DNA from: Candidatus Latescibacterota bacterium
GTDB taxonomy: Bacteria; Latescibacterota; UBA2968; UBA8231
Direction: 5' to 3'
Assembly: GCA_965197905.1 (NCBI GenBank)
Contig: CBDAOB010000004.1
Span: forward strand, 1,856,001 to 1,920,000
DNA length: 64,000 nt
The position numbers were made by a program, and so were the translations under genes. Of the stretch, positions 9,608 to 19,678 are shown in pieces; the stretch's first letter is position 1; every line of letters begins with the position of its first letter. Under the pieces are notes generated by a model. The model worked only from the letters and a program-made list of their open reading frames with translations, searched no databases and was not told where the DNA came from.

Positions 9608-10673
9608 CAATTACGGAGTTCTCTTTCCCACCAGCGTGGTCGGGTCCATGCCGCGCCCCGACTTTGTGCGCGAGTTGCTGGCCCCTGGATCTGCAGCGTC
9701 GAATGCCCAGGCGCATCGCGCCATGAACACCGCTGTTGCCCATGTCGTGACCATGCAAGAAGTGGCCGGCCTCGACGTAGTCACCGACGGAGAGTGGCGC
9801 CGCGCTTCCTATATCGGTGTGATCGCCGAACTGGCGCATGGGTTTCAGGTCGGCACAAACCCGACAGACGGCAGGCCGTGGACGACCGTGGTAGAGAAGT
9901 TGGAGCCCAAGGCGCCAGGTTTCATTGCCGCAGAAGCCCGTTTCCTCAAAGGGGCAACCCGTAAACAGACAAAGATTACGCTGCCGGCGCCGGCTCTGCT
10001 GGGAGAACGGATGTGGGACCCTGAGCGGTCGCGTCAGGCCTACCCATCACGTCAGTCGTTCGTCGAGGCGTGTGTGCCGATCCTGCGGCGGGAGCTGGAG
10101 CTGGTGTGCGCGGAAGGGGTGGACGTGATCCAGATCGACGATCCCCACCTGTGCCTGTTTGTGGACCCCGAGGTCAGAAGCCGTTGCGAGGATGCCGAAG
10201 CCGAAGCCGATTTTTCGGTGGCCGCCAACAACGCGCTGATGGAAGGAATAGGGAGCGTCACGCGGGCGGTGCACCTCTGTCGCCGCGCTGGGGCTCGGGT
10301 ACGGGGCGAGGCTTTTTTTTCCGGCGGCTACGAGGCCATCAAGTCCCAAATCAATCGGTTGGAGGCAGACCACCTGACCATGGAGTTTGCCAGCCCTGCG
10401 GCGGGGACGCTCGAGGCACTGGCTGATTTGCGAGAGGATCTGGAGATCGGATTGGGGTGTGTTAGCGTCGAGCCCGGTGTGGTGGACACCAAAGAGACGA
10501 TCGTTTCCCGGGTTGAAGGCGCATTGGAGGTGTTGTCTCCGGAGCGGGTGGTTCTGAATCCGGATTGTGGGTTCGCTCCCGGATCGGCCGCGGTCGTCGA
10601 TGTCGAGGAGGTGTATCGAAAATTGAAACAGATGGTAGCAGCAGCCGAGATTCTGCGCGACCGATACGGTTAG
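9594..10673 (+). CDS. Cobalamin-independent methionine synthase II family protein (MetE C-terminal domain only)
   Basis: TSVVGSMPRP, VVTDGEWRR, VIQIDDP, Zn ligands HLC and NPDCGF. Probable start ATG 9594. Confidence 0.85.
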   Translation: MSTVDNYGVLFPTSVVGSMPRPDFVRELLAPGSAASNAQAHRAMNTAVAHVVTMQEVAGLDVVTDGEWRRASYIGVIAELAHGFQVGTNPTDGRPWTTVVEKLEPKAPGFIAAEARFLKGATRKQTKITLPAPALLGERMWDPERSRQAYPSRQSFVEACVPILRRELELVCAEGVDVIQIDDPHLCLFVDPEVRSRCEDAEAEADFSVAANNALMEGIGSVTRAVHLCRRAGARVRGEAFFSGGYEAIKSQINRLEADHLTMEFASPAAGTLEALADLREDLEIGLGCVSVEPGVVDTKETIVSRVEGALEVLSPERVVLNPDCGFAPGSAAVVDVEEVYRKLKQMVAAAEILRDRYG

Positions 10674-10721
10674 AGCCACAGCTCCTTCTCCGCCGCGGGC
10701 GGTCGCGACGGCTCGTGTATC

Positions 10722-12023
10722 CTAAAGACGACCGCCACTGTTGGCCCGGCGAATCCAAACCCGCACCCGTTTCATAGAAAGATCCAGCGAAGGTTCGACG
10801 TGCCGCAAACGCTCGATCACCTCACGCGCGGTTAACGACCGCAGGGCCGCGACGGAGGCGATGCCGGCCTGCACCAGGTGGTTCCCATAACGAACCCCGA
10901 TGCCTTCGTGAAGGTAGAGTTGTGTTATGGTGCGAAGATGCTGCAGACGAGCGGGATCGAGATCGCTTGCCAGCGCCTGCCAGAGAGCCGTTGCCCCGTG
11001 CCCTCCAAGCTCGGTGAGGTAGTCGACCCGGTGCGCTGCCAGGGCGGCGCGCGTGGCCTGATCCAACGGTACTACCTGCTCAACCCTGGGCGTCACTGAG
11101 GTGATCGTCCAACGGTCCATATAGCGGTACACCGCGAAGGAAAAAAACACGGCCAGGAGCACCACAGCCACCTGCAGGCTGGTCGAGGCGGGCGCCTGCT
11201 TGCGATCGACGAAATGTCCAAATGATGGCGCCAGGCGGTGCCATACCAGGAAGCGATACAGCACCGCGCACTCGAGTGCAAAGGGAGGGAATCCCAAAAA
11301 CCCCGCCACCGGCATCTCGAACAGTTTGAGCTCGTCGAAGAAAGGAACGGTGTAGATCCATTTGGCGCGGGCCCAGTAATTGAAGAATTCCCAAAACAGC
11401 CCGGCGAACAGGCCTGCCAGTAACATGCGCACCGTCGGTCCGTACACCCCCGACTCCAGCTGGCGCAGCAAACTGTCGCCGCCCCTTCGGTAATTCATGG
11501 GTGCAACGATGAGGATCGGACCGACCCAGATCAGCGGAAAGAAATACCGTGGGTAGAGAAGGGACATCGCCAGAAGGACAAGCCCCAAAAGCTGAAACAC
11601 CGTCAGCCGGACCGGGGTGATACGCACGGCCACCGATCTTACCTGCCTTGCGACCCCCAGTTGCGCCAGGTAATGATCGATCCAGAATATTCCGGGGAAC
11701 ACCGTAGCGAACGAAACGAAGGACCCCACCAGGCGCAGAAGGTCGTGGTCGGTGACGAAGATATAGTACCAGTTCTGCAACCGAAGGTTGAGCAGCTCGA
11801 AGAAGAACCAGCAGGTCGTGGACCACAGAAGAAGCAGGAAGAAACCGGCTCCGCAGCGTTTAACCAGCGACGATCCTTCGGTGCGGCGGATCAGCATATC
11901 CACCGTGTAGATCAAACCGACCCAGGCAAACAGATAGAACTCGGTGGCGAACGGTTCAATTCGGAGAAACATGAGCGCAAAACTCGCGCCCAACCACACG
12001 ATCCCAACCACGATACTGACCAC
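10722..12023 (-). CDS. Multi-pass membrane protein with C-terminal DUF4332-like helix-hairpin-helix domain
   Basis: FELLNLRLQNWYY, WEFFNYWARAKWIY, LFEMPVAGFLGFPPF, and C-terminal GIGVRYGNHLVQAGI. AGGAGG precedes GTG at 12023, so the ORF-track extension to 12320 is unlikely. Confidence 0.7.
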   Translation of the reverse strand: MVSIVVGIVWLGASFALMFLRIEPFATEFYLFAWVGLIYTVDMLIRRTEGSSLVKRCGAGFFLLLLWSTTCWFFFELLNLRLQNWYYIFVTDHDLLRLVGSFVSFATVFPGIFWIDHYLAQLGVARQVRSVAVRITPVRLTVFQLLGLVLLAMSLLYPRYFFPLIWVGPILIVAPMNYRRGGDSLLRQLESGVYGPTVRMLLAGLFAGLFWEFFNYWARAKWIYTVPFFDELKLFEMPVAGFLGFPPFALECAVLYRFLVWHRLAPSFGHFVDRKQAPASTSLQVAVVLLAVFFSFAVYRYMDRWTITSVTPRVEQVVPLDQATRAALAAHRVDYLTELGGHGATALWQALASDLDPARLQHLRTITQLYLHEGIGVRYGNHLVQAGIASVAALRSLTAREVIERLRHVEPSLDLSMKRVRVWIRRANSGGRL

Positions 12024-12171
12024 GTGAAAACCTTTCCTCCTGAATAGCGTACCAAAAAGAGGGCGTTTCGCTGCAGACGGTACGCCTTGAGAAGCTTCGG
12101 AGCAATCGGCTCGGCCCCGGAGTCTTGACGTTCGCCGTCCGCTCCCTATAGGTTGTGAATCCCGAGGCCCC

Positions 12172-14619
12172 GTGTTGACCACTTCGCTCATCGTTTCCGC
12201 GCTTCTTCTGGGCGCCCTGCTGCGCGTGTGGGCGCTGAATTTCGGATTGCCCTCCTGGCTGCACCCCGACGAATTCAGCTTCGTGTTTTTTCCGCTCAAT
12301 TTCTGGAGCGGCGACCTCAACCCGCACTTCTTTACCTATCCCACGCTGCAGTACTACCTGCTCAGTCTGGCCTACCTCTGTTATTTTGGGGTCCAGTACG
12401 TGGCGGGGAGTGGCTTGTCCGCGGATCAGTTCGTCGCGTTTCACTACTTCTGGGACCGCACCGAGCTGTTGTCGATTGCGCGATCCCTTAGCGCGTTGAT
12501 GGGCATCGCAACCGTCGGGTGCACGGCGCTGGTCGCGCGTGCGGCATACGGCCCGAGGGCGGGAGTCGTCGCCGCGTTTTTGATGGCGGTTTGCCCGCTT
12601 CACGTTCGTCAGTCGCACCTGGCCGGGGTGGACGCGGCGCTAACCTTATGGTTCACCGGGGCAGCGTGGGCGTCGTTGCGTCTGCTGCGGAAAAACAGTG
12701 CTCGCGACTACCTACTGGCAGGTCTGCTGGTGGGATTGGCCGGAGCCACGAAATATCCAGGTGCGATGGCGGGCACCGTCGTGCTGGGTGCACATCTGTT
12801 GGCGGGTCGGGGAGGAGGCGATCTGCGCCTCTACGGGGCAGGTGGCGCGGCGCTAGCCACTTTCTTTTTGTGCTCGCCCTATGTGCTGCTCGATTTCGAG
12901 GCGTTCCGCGCCTACTTCGAGCAGCAGGCGGCGCACCTCGGAGGGATGGGCGTCGGTGCTGCCGAGCTTGGTTGGTGGTATCACCTGCACGTCACGCTCG
13001 CCGACGGCGTCGGGTGGCCGCTCTTGATCCTCGGGACGGTCGCAGGATTCTGGCTAGCCCGTCAGCGCGGGCTCGAAACCGCCGTCGTCCTCGTCGGTTT
13101 TCTGGGATTATTTCTCGTCGTCGGATCTGGACACCGGCTGTTCATGCGCTACGCCCTCCCACTGGCACCGCTGCTCATCGTTCTTGCCGCCGGGTTGCTC
13201 GTCCGGATTCGCGGCAAAGCGTTAGCGGTGGCCGTTGTTTTGGTGGCGCTGCAGCCATTTTGGAGCTCGTTGCAGCAGGTGAGTTTGCTCGCGGGCACCG
13301 ATACCCGAGTTGAAGCGCGCCGGTGGATGGAGGCGAACATTCCAGCGGGGACTCCCATCGCCAATTTCGGTGGTTGGGCCGGAGACGTCGGTGTGCGCTC
13401 CTTCGAACAGCTATGGTGGGAGGCGTCCCTGTTCGAACGAAGGTTCGGACGCGAACGCCTGCTGCAGGCTCTTGATTATCTGGAAGGACTGGCGCCAGGC
13501 CCCCCGTACTTCAGCTACGGCATCCAGCGAACCAATCAGGAATCGGCAGCGGGCAGCTTTCCCGAGATCGAACGGCTGGATACGCCGTTTGTAGTGGTGC
13601 ACCGGCATCCGCTGAACGCCTCGAGCATAGATTCCGCTTTCGCGCTCGAGCTGACCCTACGGGGGCGTCGGGTTTTTGAGGCAAAAGTCGAAGGGCTGTG
13701 GTCTGGTGCGGTGGTGTTCGATCCCTTCGACGCCTTCTACGTGCCGGTATCAGGGGCCGGCAAGCTGGAGCGGCCGGGGCCGGAGATCGAGATCTGGCAA
13801 ATTCCAGGCGCTCCCGTACCCGAGCCGAATGCGCATACGGTTCGGGAGCTTTTCTCCCGCGCCTACACCCGCGGAATCACCGAGACCCTGCAACGCCGCG
13901 GTTTGCAGGAAGCTAATGATCTGCTCCAACGGGCGAGCCGGCTGGACCCGGAAAACCCAGAGGTCTACTTCATCACCGGTTATTTCGCCCAACGTGCCAA
14001 TAGTACGACGAAGGCGATCGAGAATTATGGCAGGTATCTGGAGCTGCAGCCCGCCAGTGTCGCCGCATACAATAACCTGGCCACTCTATATGAGGGCATG
14101 GGCGAAACGGATCGAGCCGAAGCCAGGCTGCTCGACCAGCTGCACCTGGCGTCCTGGAAACGATCGGCGCTTCTGGCGCTGGCAGGATTCTATCGGCGAC
14201 AGGGCGAGTTCGCCAAAGCGGCCCAGTTCTACACCGTGTTGACGACCCGTTTCTCCGCTTATGCGGAAGATCACGAACGCCTCGGGCTCACCTATGAGGA
14301 GCTGGCCCAGCCGACGGCGGCGGAATCTGCCTATCTGCGTGCGCTAAAGATCGACCGCAGGCGGGCTCGGGCGCACCTTTTGCTGGCGCGTCTTTTCCGT
14401 TCGCAAGGGCGTATCGCGGAGATGATAAAGGTGTGCCAGGCGTTAATCGGTTCCGATTCGAATCACCCCGAAGCACACCAACATCTGGCCTACGGCTTTC
14501 GGCACATGGGACAACGAAAACTGGCGGCGCACCACGCCCGTAGGGCAATCGCCTTGGCGCCGGAGGATTCCAACTTGGCGCCGCTGCGGCACTGGCTCCA
14601 GGCCGGCGGCGATCGCTAA
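12172..14619 (+). CDS. GT-C (ArnT/PMT, GT39-like) glycosyltransferase with C-terminal TPR repeats
   Basis: FGLP..LHPDE, LNPHFFTYPTL, GLAGATKY, RYALP, TDTR and many TM helices. TPR-like repeats (AYNNLATLY, AHQHLAY) at the C-terminus. Confidence 0.8.
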   Translation: MLTTSLIVSALLLGALLRVWALNFGLPSWLHPDEFSFVFFPLNFWSGDLNPHFFTYPTLQYYLLSLAYLCYFGVQYVAGSGLSADQFVAFHYFWDRTELLSIARSLSALMGIATVGCTALVARAAYGPRAGVVAAFLMAVCPLHVRQSHLAGVDAALTLWFTGAAWASLRLLRKNSARDYLLAGLLVGLAGATKYPGAMAGTVVLGAHLLAGRGGGDLRLYGAGGAALATFFLCSPYVLLDFEAFRAYFEQQAAHLGGMGVGAAELGWWYHLHVTLADGVGWPLLILGTVAGFWLARQRGLETAVVLVGFLGLFLVVGSGHRLFMRYALPLAPLLIVLAAGLLVRIRGKALAVAVVLVALQPFWSSLQQVSLLAGTDTRVEARRWMEANIPAGTPIANFGGWAGDVGVRSFEQLWWEASLFERRFGRERLLQALDYLEGLAPGPPYFSYGIQRTNQESAAGSFPEIERLDTPFVVVHRHPLNASSIDSAFALELTLRGRRVFEAKVEGLWSGAVVFDPFDAFYVPVSGAGKLERPGPEIEIWQIPGAPVPEPNAHTVRELFSRAYTRGITETLQRRGLQEANDLLQRASRLDPENPEVYFITGYFAQRANSTTKAIENYGRYLELQPASVAAYNNLATLYEGMGETDRAEARLLDQLHLASWKRSALLALAGFYRRQGEFAKAAQFYTVLTTRFSAYAEDHERLGLTYEELAQPTAAESAYLRALKIDRRRARAHLLLARLFRSQGRIAEMIKVCQALIGSDSNHPEAHQHLAYGFRHMGQRKLAAHHARRAIALAPEDSNLAPLRHWLQAGGDR

Positions 14620-14741
14620 ACACTCTTCGAGCGGCAAACGACGCGGCCGGCGCTCCCTCCGAGCGCAGATTTTCTTATCGTATATTCCCGGGGTATCCCA
14701 CCCAGGTTCCTTTTCGCGACGGTGAAGAAGGTTCAACCAAC

Positions 14742-15515
14742 ATGCAAACCATAGAATCAGAAACCAATCCTTTCGGCGGCGTACTTCCCAAGCCGGAGGC
14801 GTTGCACAGCGATCCCGGCGCTTTCGCCGCCCAACTGTCCCACTCTGTCGAATCGTGGCGCAGGGACGGACATCGCCTGGTCTGGTTAGAGGTACCCATC
14901 CACAAATCTCAGCTGATTCCGATCGCCGTGGAGGCTGAATTCCAGTTCCACCACAGCACCCACAACTATTTAATGTTGACCCACCGCCTTGAGGAGGGCG
15001 CCTTCATTCCCGCTCACGCTTCGCACTACATCGGCGCCGGCGGGGTCGTGCTAGATGCGCGGGACCGGCTTCTGGTGGTGAGCGAACTTTATCACCGGGC
15101 CGACAACCAGCCACCGCGATATAAACTGCCGGGGGGCGCGCTTCACGAGGGGGAGCACCTGGCCGAGGCGGTGGTGCGCGAGGTTCGAGAGGAAACCGGT
15201 GTGGAGACCCGCTTCGACGCGCTGGTCTGTTTTCGGCACTGGCACGGATACCGCTACGGCAAGTCCGACATCTATTTCGTCTGTCGCTTACACCCGCTGA
15301 GTGCAGAGATCTTCATCCAAGAAGAGGAGATTGCCGAGTGTATCTGGATGCCGGTGGATGATTATCTGCAGGCGGAACAGGTGAGTGCGTTCAACAAAGA
15401 GATTGTGCGGACCGCAAGGAACAGCCCGGGCGTGGTGCTCCGGGAGATGGAAGGATACGCGGATCCATCGCGCTACGAATTATTTATGCCGGCCGAGCTC
15501 CGGCGAGCGCGTTAG
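14742..15515 (+). CDS. NUDIX hydrolase (NUDT6-like, with pre-Nudix domain)
   Basis: Nudix box GGALHEGEHLAEAVVREVREETG, plus FQFHH and GKSDIYFVC. Confidence 0.9.
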   Translation: MQTIESETNPFGGVLPKPEALHSDPGAFAAQLSHSVESWRRDGHRLVWLEVPIHKSQLIPIAVEAEFQFHHSTHNYLMLTHRLEEGAFIPAHASHYIGAGGVVLDARDRLLVVSELYHRADNQPPRYKLPGGALHEGEHLAEAVVREVREETGVETRFDALVCFRHWHGYRYGKSDIYFVCRLHPLSAEIFIQEEEIAECIWMPVDDYLQAEQVSAFNKEIVRTARNSPGVVLREMEGYADPSRYELFMPAELRRAR

Positions 15516-16491
15516 GTAGCACCTCCGGATTAATCACGTGTTGGGGCGTCCGACCGGAGAAGAGGTCCACCACCGACTGGCCAGCCATGTGGGCCATCTT
15601 GCGACGCGCGCTCAGGGTCAGGGATCCCACATGGGAGGTGGCGACGACGTTGGGTAGCGCGACCAACTCCCGGGACCGCCCCACCGGTGGCTCAGTGACC
15701 TGGCAGTCGAGACCGGCCCCCTTCAGGTGACCGTCCTTGAGAGCGGTTATCAACGCCGCTTCGTCCACCAATCCGCCTCGCGCCGTATTGATCAAATACG
15801 ATCCCGGTTTCATGGCGCCCAGGAAACGCGCATCTACCAGCCCCCTGTTGTCGTCGGTCAACGGCAGATGCAGACTCACCACGTCTGCTTGCTGCAAGAG
15901 TTCCTCGAGGGACAATACTTCGCAGCCCAGGGCGCGGATGAACTCGGCGTCCGCCCAGGGATCGTGGACTACGGCGGTCATGCCAAATCCGGCGGCACGT
16001 TGCACCACCTTGGTTCCGATCAGACCGCAGCCAACAATTCCCAGGGTCAAACTCTCCAGGTCCTCGCCGATAGGCGGCACCCATTCGCCACCGGATTTTA
16101 GATGAGCATCGTTGGCGGAGATGTGACGCACCAGTGCCAATAGCAATCCGAAGGTCAGGTCAGCTACCGTGGGCGCCATGGCGCCCGGCGTATTGGTAAC
16201 CACGACCCCGGCTCGGGTGCAGTGGTCGACGTCGACGCGATCGTACCCCACGCCGTACCGCGCCACGATGCGCAGACGGCCGGCTCTCGCCATGGTGTCG
16301 GCGTTGAAACGTTCGTTTCCGGCCACGATCCCATCGACATCCGCCAGCTTTTCGCGCGTGTCGTCGTCGGCCCAGTCGGGACCGCCATATTCATCGCTCG
16401 GCTCGAAGCCGGCCTCGCGCAGCACAGTTAGCACCGGGTTGTCGCCACCAAACTCCGTCCGCACACTAATGAGAATTCGTTTCTTGTCCAC
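15484..16491 (-). CDS. D-isomer-specific 2-hydroxyacid dehydrogenase (phosphoglycerate dehydrogenase family)
   Basis: ARYGVGYD, GIVGCGLIG, LINTARGGLVDE, GAGLD, EPP, TSHVG. Confidence 0.9.
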   Translation of the reverse strand: MDKKRILISVRTEFGGDNPVLTVLREAGFEPSDEYGGPDWADDDTREKLADVDGIVAGNERFNADTMARAGRLRIVARYGVGYDRVDVDHCTRAGVVVTNTPGAMAPTVADLTFGLLLALVRHISANDAHLKSGGEWVPPIGEDLESLTLGIVGCGLIGTKVVQRAAGFGMTAVVHDPWADAEFIRALGCEVLSLEELLQQADVVSLHLPLTDDNRGLVDARFLGAMKPGSYLINTARGGLVDEAALITALKDGHLKGAGLDCQVTEPPVGRSRELVALPNVVATSHVGSLTLSARRKMAHMAGQSVVDLFSGRTPQHVINPEVLPNALAGARPA

Positions 16492-16635
16492 AGTTGAATC
16501 GTTGACCGAACGGTCTTAGAATAGACACAAGCTCGTCGTGTAATCCGCGAGAGCGCCCAAGTATAGAGCGTTTCATTCAGGAGTCAAGCAAGGTCGATGC
16601 TGCTGCATATCGTCTCCAGATCCTGCTGTAAATCG

Positions 16636-17166
16636 ATGCGAATCCTCATCGGTGGGCTGGTCGTATCCGCGTTGGTCGCCTGTTCTCCCTCCGGAATCTT
16701 CCGGCGCGAACTGGTGTTCACGAGCGAGGATCTTCAGGCGAAACTGACACAGAAATTTCCGCGCAAAGAGAAACACCCGCTCATGGCCGTCACCTTCAGC
16801 AATCCGGAGATCCTGTTGGAACCCGGCGCCGATGCCATGGGGATTCGTCTCGAAATCAAGATGGCGCCTCGGTTGGGCAAGCAGCGCAAGGGCAAGGTAG
16901 TGGCAGAAGGCGGCATCGAGTACCGTCCGCAGCGTGGCGAGTTCTTCATCGTCAGGCCCAAGGTCATATCGATCGAGCTCGACGATCTAAAAGGGAAGTA
17001 CGAGAAGAGCGTACGGTCGGTCGCCGACCGAATCGTCGAACAATATCTGTCCGAGGTTGCGGTGTATCGGCTGGATCAAAAGGATTTCAAACAGAAAGTG
17101 GCCAAGCTGGTGCTCAAATCGGTCGACATAAGAGACGGCAAGCTCGTGGTCGTCGTGGGATTGTAG
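16636..17166 (+). CDS. DUF1439 (YceB-like) lipoprotein
   Basis: MRILIGGLVVSALVAC lipobox. DLQAKLTQKFP, VYRLD and terminal DIRDGKLVV pattern. Confidence 0.7.
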   Translation: MRILIGGLVVSALVACSPSGIFRRELVFTSEDLQAKLTQKFPRKEKHPLMAVTFSNPEILLEPGADAMGIRLEIKMAPRLGKQRKGKVVAEGGIEYRPQRGEFFIVRPKVISIELDDLKGKYEKSVRSVADRIVEQYLSEVAVYRLDQKDFKQKVAKLVLKSVDIRDGKLVVVVGL

Positions 17167-17172
17167 GGCATA

Positions 17173-18231
17173 ATGTTCAAGGTTACAGACGATCTGAGAA
17201 TCGCCGACTTGCGCCCCCTGATACCACCGGCAATTCTCATGGAGCAGTTCCCGATCAGTGAAACCGCCTCCAACACGGTCACCGCCGCTCGCGAGCAGGC
17301 AGCCTGCATTATCGACGGCGGCGATGACCGATTGCTAGTGGTGGTGGGTCCCTGTTCCATCCACGACCCAAAAGCTGCGCTCGAGTACGGGAGCCGGCTC
17401 AAAGAGAAGGCGCTGCGGCTACGGAGCGAACTGTGCATTCTCATGCGGGTGTATTTCGAGAAACCTCGCACGACCGTCGGATGGAAAGGGTTGATCAACG
17501 ATCCGCGGTTGGATGGCAGTTTTGCCATCAATGAGGGTCTGCAACTAGCCCGGAGCTTATTGCTGGAACTCGGCAATATGGGTTTGGCAGTGGGCTCCGA
17601 GTTCCTCGATACCATCACGCCACAGTTCATCGCCGACCTGATTTCCTGGGGAGCGATCGGGGCCCGCACTACCGAGAGTCAGATTCACCGGGAGCTCGCC
17701 TCAGGTCTTTCCATGCCGGTAGGGTTCAAGAATGGCACCGACGGCAACGTACAGATCGTCGTGGATGCCATCGGAGCCGCGCGCAACCCACACCACTTCT
17801 TGTCGGTCACCAAGCAGGGCATCTCGGCTATCGTTGCCACCGAAGGAAACGACAGCTGCCATCCCATTCTGCGGGGTTCAACGGTCGGTCCAAACTACGA
17901 CGAGATGGACATTCAGCGGCTGGGGGCGACGTTGGAAAAAGCCGGTTTGGGCAACCGGATCATGATCGACTGCAGCCATGGCAACAGCGAGAAGGACCAC
18001 ACGCGGCAACCGCTGGTCGCCGAAAGAGTGGCCGGGATGGTTGCTTCAGGGAATGAGAGGATCTGTGGCGCTATGCTTGAAAGCCATTTAATAGGTGGGA
18101 GGCAGGACAACAAACCCGGCGCCGAACTGGCCTACGGCCAAAGCATTACCGACGCGTGCATCAGCTGGGAGGAGACGGTCCCGGTTCTCGAGGTGTTTGC
18201 CGAGGCGGTGCGCCAACGGCGCGGGTCTTGA
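17173..18231 (+). CDS. aroG: 3-deoxy-7-phosphoheptulonate (DAHP) synthase, class I alpha
   Basis: VVGPCSIHD, MRVYFEKPRTTVGWKG, IGARTTESQ, GFKNGTDG, DCSHGN, YGQSITDAC. The isoenzyme (aroF/G/H) cannot be determined. Confidence 0.93.
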   Translation: MFKVTDDLRIADLRPLIPPAILMEQFPISETASNTVTAAREQAACIIDGGDDRLLVVVGPCSIHDPKAALEYGSRLKEKALRLRSELCILMRVYFEKPRTTVGWKGLINDPRLDGSFAINEGLQLARSLLLELGNMGLAVGSEFLDTITPQFIADLISWGAIGARTTESQIHRELASGLSMPVGFKNGTDGNVQIVVDAIGAARNPHHFLSVTKQGISAIVATEGNDSCHPILRGSTVGPNYDEMDIQRLGATLEKAGLGNRIMIDCSHGNSEKDHTRQPLVAERVAGMVASGNERICGAMLESHLIGGRQDNKPGAELAYGQSITDACISWEETVPVLEVFAEAVRQRRGS

Positions 18232-18250
18232 GACGGGCGCCTCAAGACCC
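18223..18250. terminator. Perfect 10-bp hairpin between convergent genes
   Basis: GGGTCTTGAG, 8-nt loop, CTCAAGACCC, overlapping the DAHP synthase stop. No U-tract. Confidence 0.5.
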
Positions 18251-18263
18251 CGGTCAGACCATC

Positions 18264-18785
18264 CTACCCGACAATATCTCCGCTGGGTCGTTCAATCTCT
18301 TTGCTCATCTGCTCTTTTGCCTGATCGAGCGAGGTGAAATGCCAGTCCTCGTAGTAGTCCCAACTGACCACCGCGTTTAGTGCTTCCAGCTCTCGCGTCT
18401 TTTCGTGCAGGTTGGCCCGAATGACATCGCCGATGGAGAGCAGCCCGATAAAATCCCCGTTCTTCTCGACCGGCAAATGGCGAACGCGCAGGCCGAGGAA
18501 CTTATCCATTAGATTGTAAAGGGTGTCTGTATGTGGAGCGGAATGCAACTCCGTAACCATGAACTCGGCGACGGTGGTTGTTTTCGGATCGAAACCCTCT
18601 TCGAGGGTGTTGCGCAGCAAATCCCGCTCCGTCCACACACCCACAATCTCTTCGTTTTCCCGAACCAGAATGGCGCCCACTTTGTTGGCGACCATGATCC
18701 GCACCGCTTCGTAGATCAAGGTGTCGCGGGTGACGCTGAGCGTTTCCCTGTTCTTTTCCCTGATGATATCCTCGGCGGTTTTCAT
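18264..18785 (-). CDS. CBS domain-containing protein
   Basis: Tandem CBS pair: VGAILV...VGVWTERD and VRHLPV...GLLSIGDV. Confidence 0.9.
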   Translation of the reverse strand: MKTAEDIIREKNRETLSVTRDTLIYEAVRIMVANKVGAILVRENEEIVGVWTERDLLRNTLEEGFDPKTTTVAEFMVTELHSAPHTDTLYNLMDKFLGLRVRHLPVEKNGDFIGLLSIGDVIRANLHEKTRELEALNAVVSWDYYEDWHFTSLDQAKEQMSKEIERPSGDIVG

Positions 18786-18815
18786 GGTATCCTCCGATGT
18801 GTTATAGAAAAGGCG

Positions 18816-19505
18816 TTACTGCGATAGTTTCGAGGCGTACTGAACCGTTAGATCGACTGCATCCTCGATGGCGACCTTCGAGGTATTGATGGTCAGGTGG
18901 TACAACAGCGGGTTGTCCCAATTCGAATTGTGGTAGTTGTGGAGGTACAGTTTGCGCCACTTGTCATGTTGCTCGACCAGTTGTTTGGCGCTATCAAAGT
19001 CCATCTCCCTCGATTCCATGATCCGCTCGCACCGCTCCTTGAAGGGCGCTACAATCTTTATGTGCACCGCCCGCGGGTGTTCCGCCAGAATCACCTGGCT
19101 CGCTCTTCCCACGATAACCGCTTTGTCCGCCTCCCCGAAATCCTGCACCAGGGTGGTGATGAGTAAGAGGTACGCGCCCCGATCGAGGTAGGTAGCTTCG
19201 TTGCTGGAGCCACTCTCACTGATATAGGGGAACTCCAGCCCGAATTCGGGGAAGTACGCCGCCGATGCCAGCGGAAAGCCGCCCTGGCCCATCTCAGGTA
19301 CCAAGAGGCGGCGCAGGAAAAACTTGACCCGCCCTTCGCCCTTCTCATCCAGCTGCTCAACCTCTTCCGCCGTCGTATCGGTAATGGAAGCGATCTCCTC
19401 GACCAGCCTGCGGTCGACCAGCTCGCACTCGAGGCGCTCGGACAATTTCTGGGCGACCACGTCTCCGCCACTGCCGATCTGTCTGGCCACGCTGATTATA
19501 GCCAT
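18816..19505 (-). CDS. Cytidylate kinase-like family protein
   Basis: IISVARQIGSGG, VIVGRASQ, WDNPLLYHLTINTS. Confidence 0.85.
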   Translation of the reverse strand: MAIISVARQIGSGGDVVAQKLSERLECELVDRRLVEEIASITDTTAEEVEQLDEKGEGRVKFFLRRLLVPEMGQGGFPLASAAYFPEFGLEFPYISESGSSNEATYLDRGAYLLLITTLVQDFGEADKAVIVGRASQVILAEHPRAVHIKIVAPFKERCERIMESREMDFDSAKQLVEQHDKWRKLYLHNYHNSNWDNPLLYHLTINTSKVAIEDAVDLTVQYASKLSQ

Positions 19506-19678
19506 CAGGATGTCCTCAACGACAAGCCTACACTACCTTGTTAGAAACCGAATTCATTCGGCAGTTCCACGCCCACCCAAGTCCTCAGGTACCATAAAAA
19601 CAAAAAAAGGTACGATTCTCAAGTTCTAAGATTTCACCGTTTTCCGGGGGAAATGACCGCCCATGAGACACGAGGGCT

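Noticed and set aside
12024..12320. N-terminal extension of ORF 10722..12320 overlapping the divergent glycosyltransferase
   Set aside because: The extension has low-quality composition, and an AGGAGG-preceded GTG at 12023 gives a clean divergent layout.
19585..19625. GTACC-A-rich-GGTAC inverted repeat as a terminator or promoter
   Set aside because: The stem is only 5 bp and the candidate -35/-10 spacing (20 nt) is off. Too weak to call.
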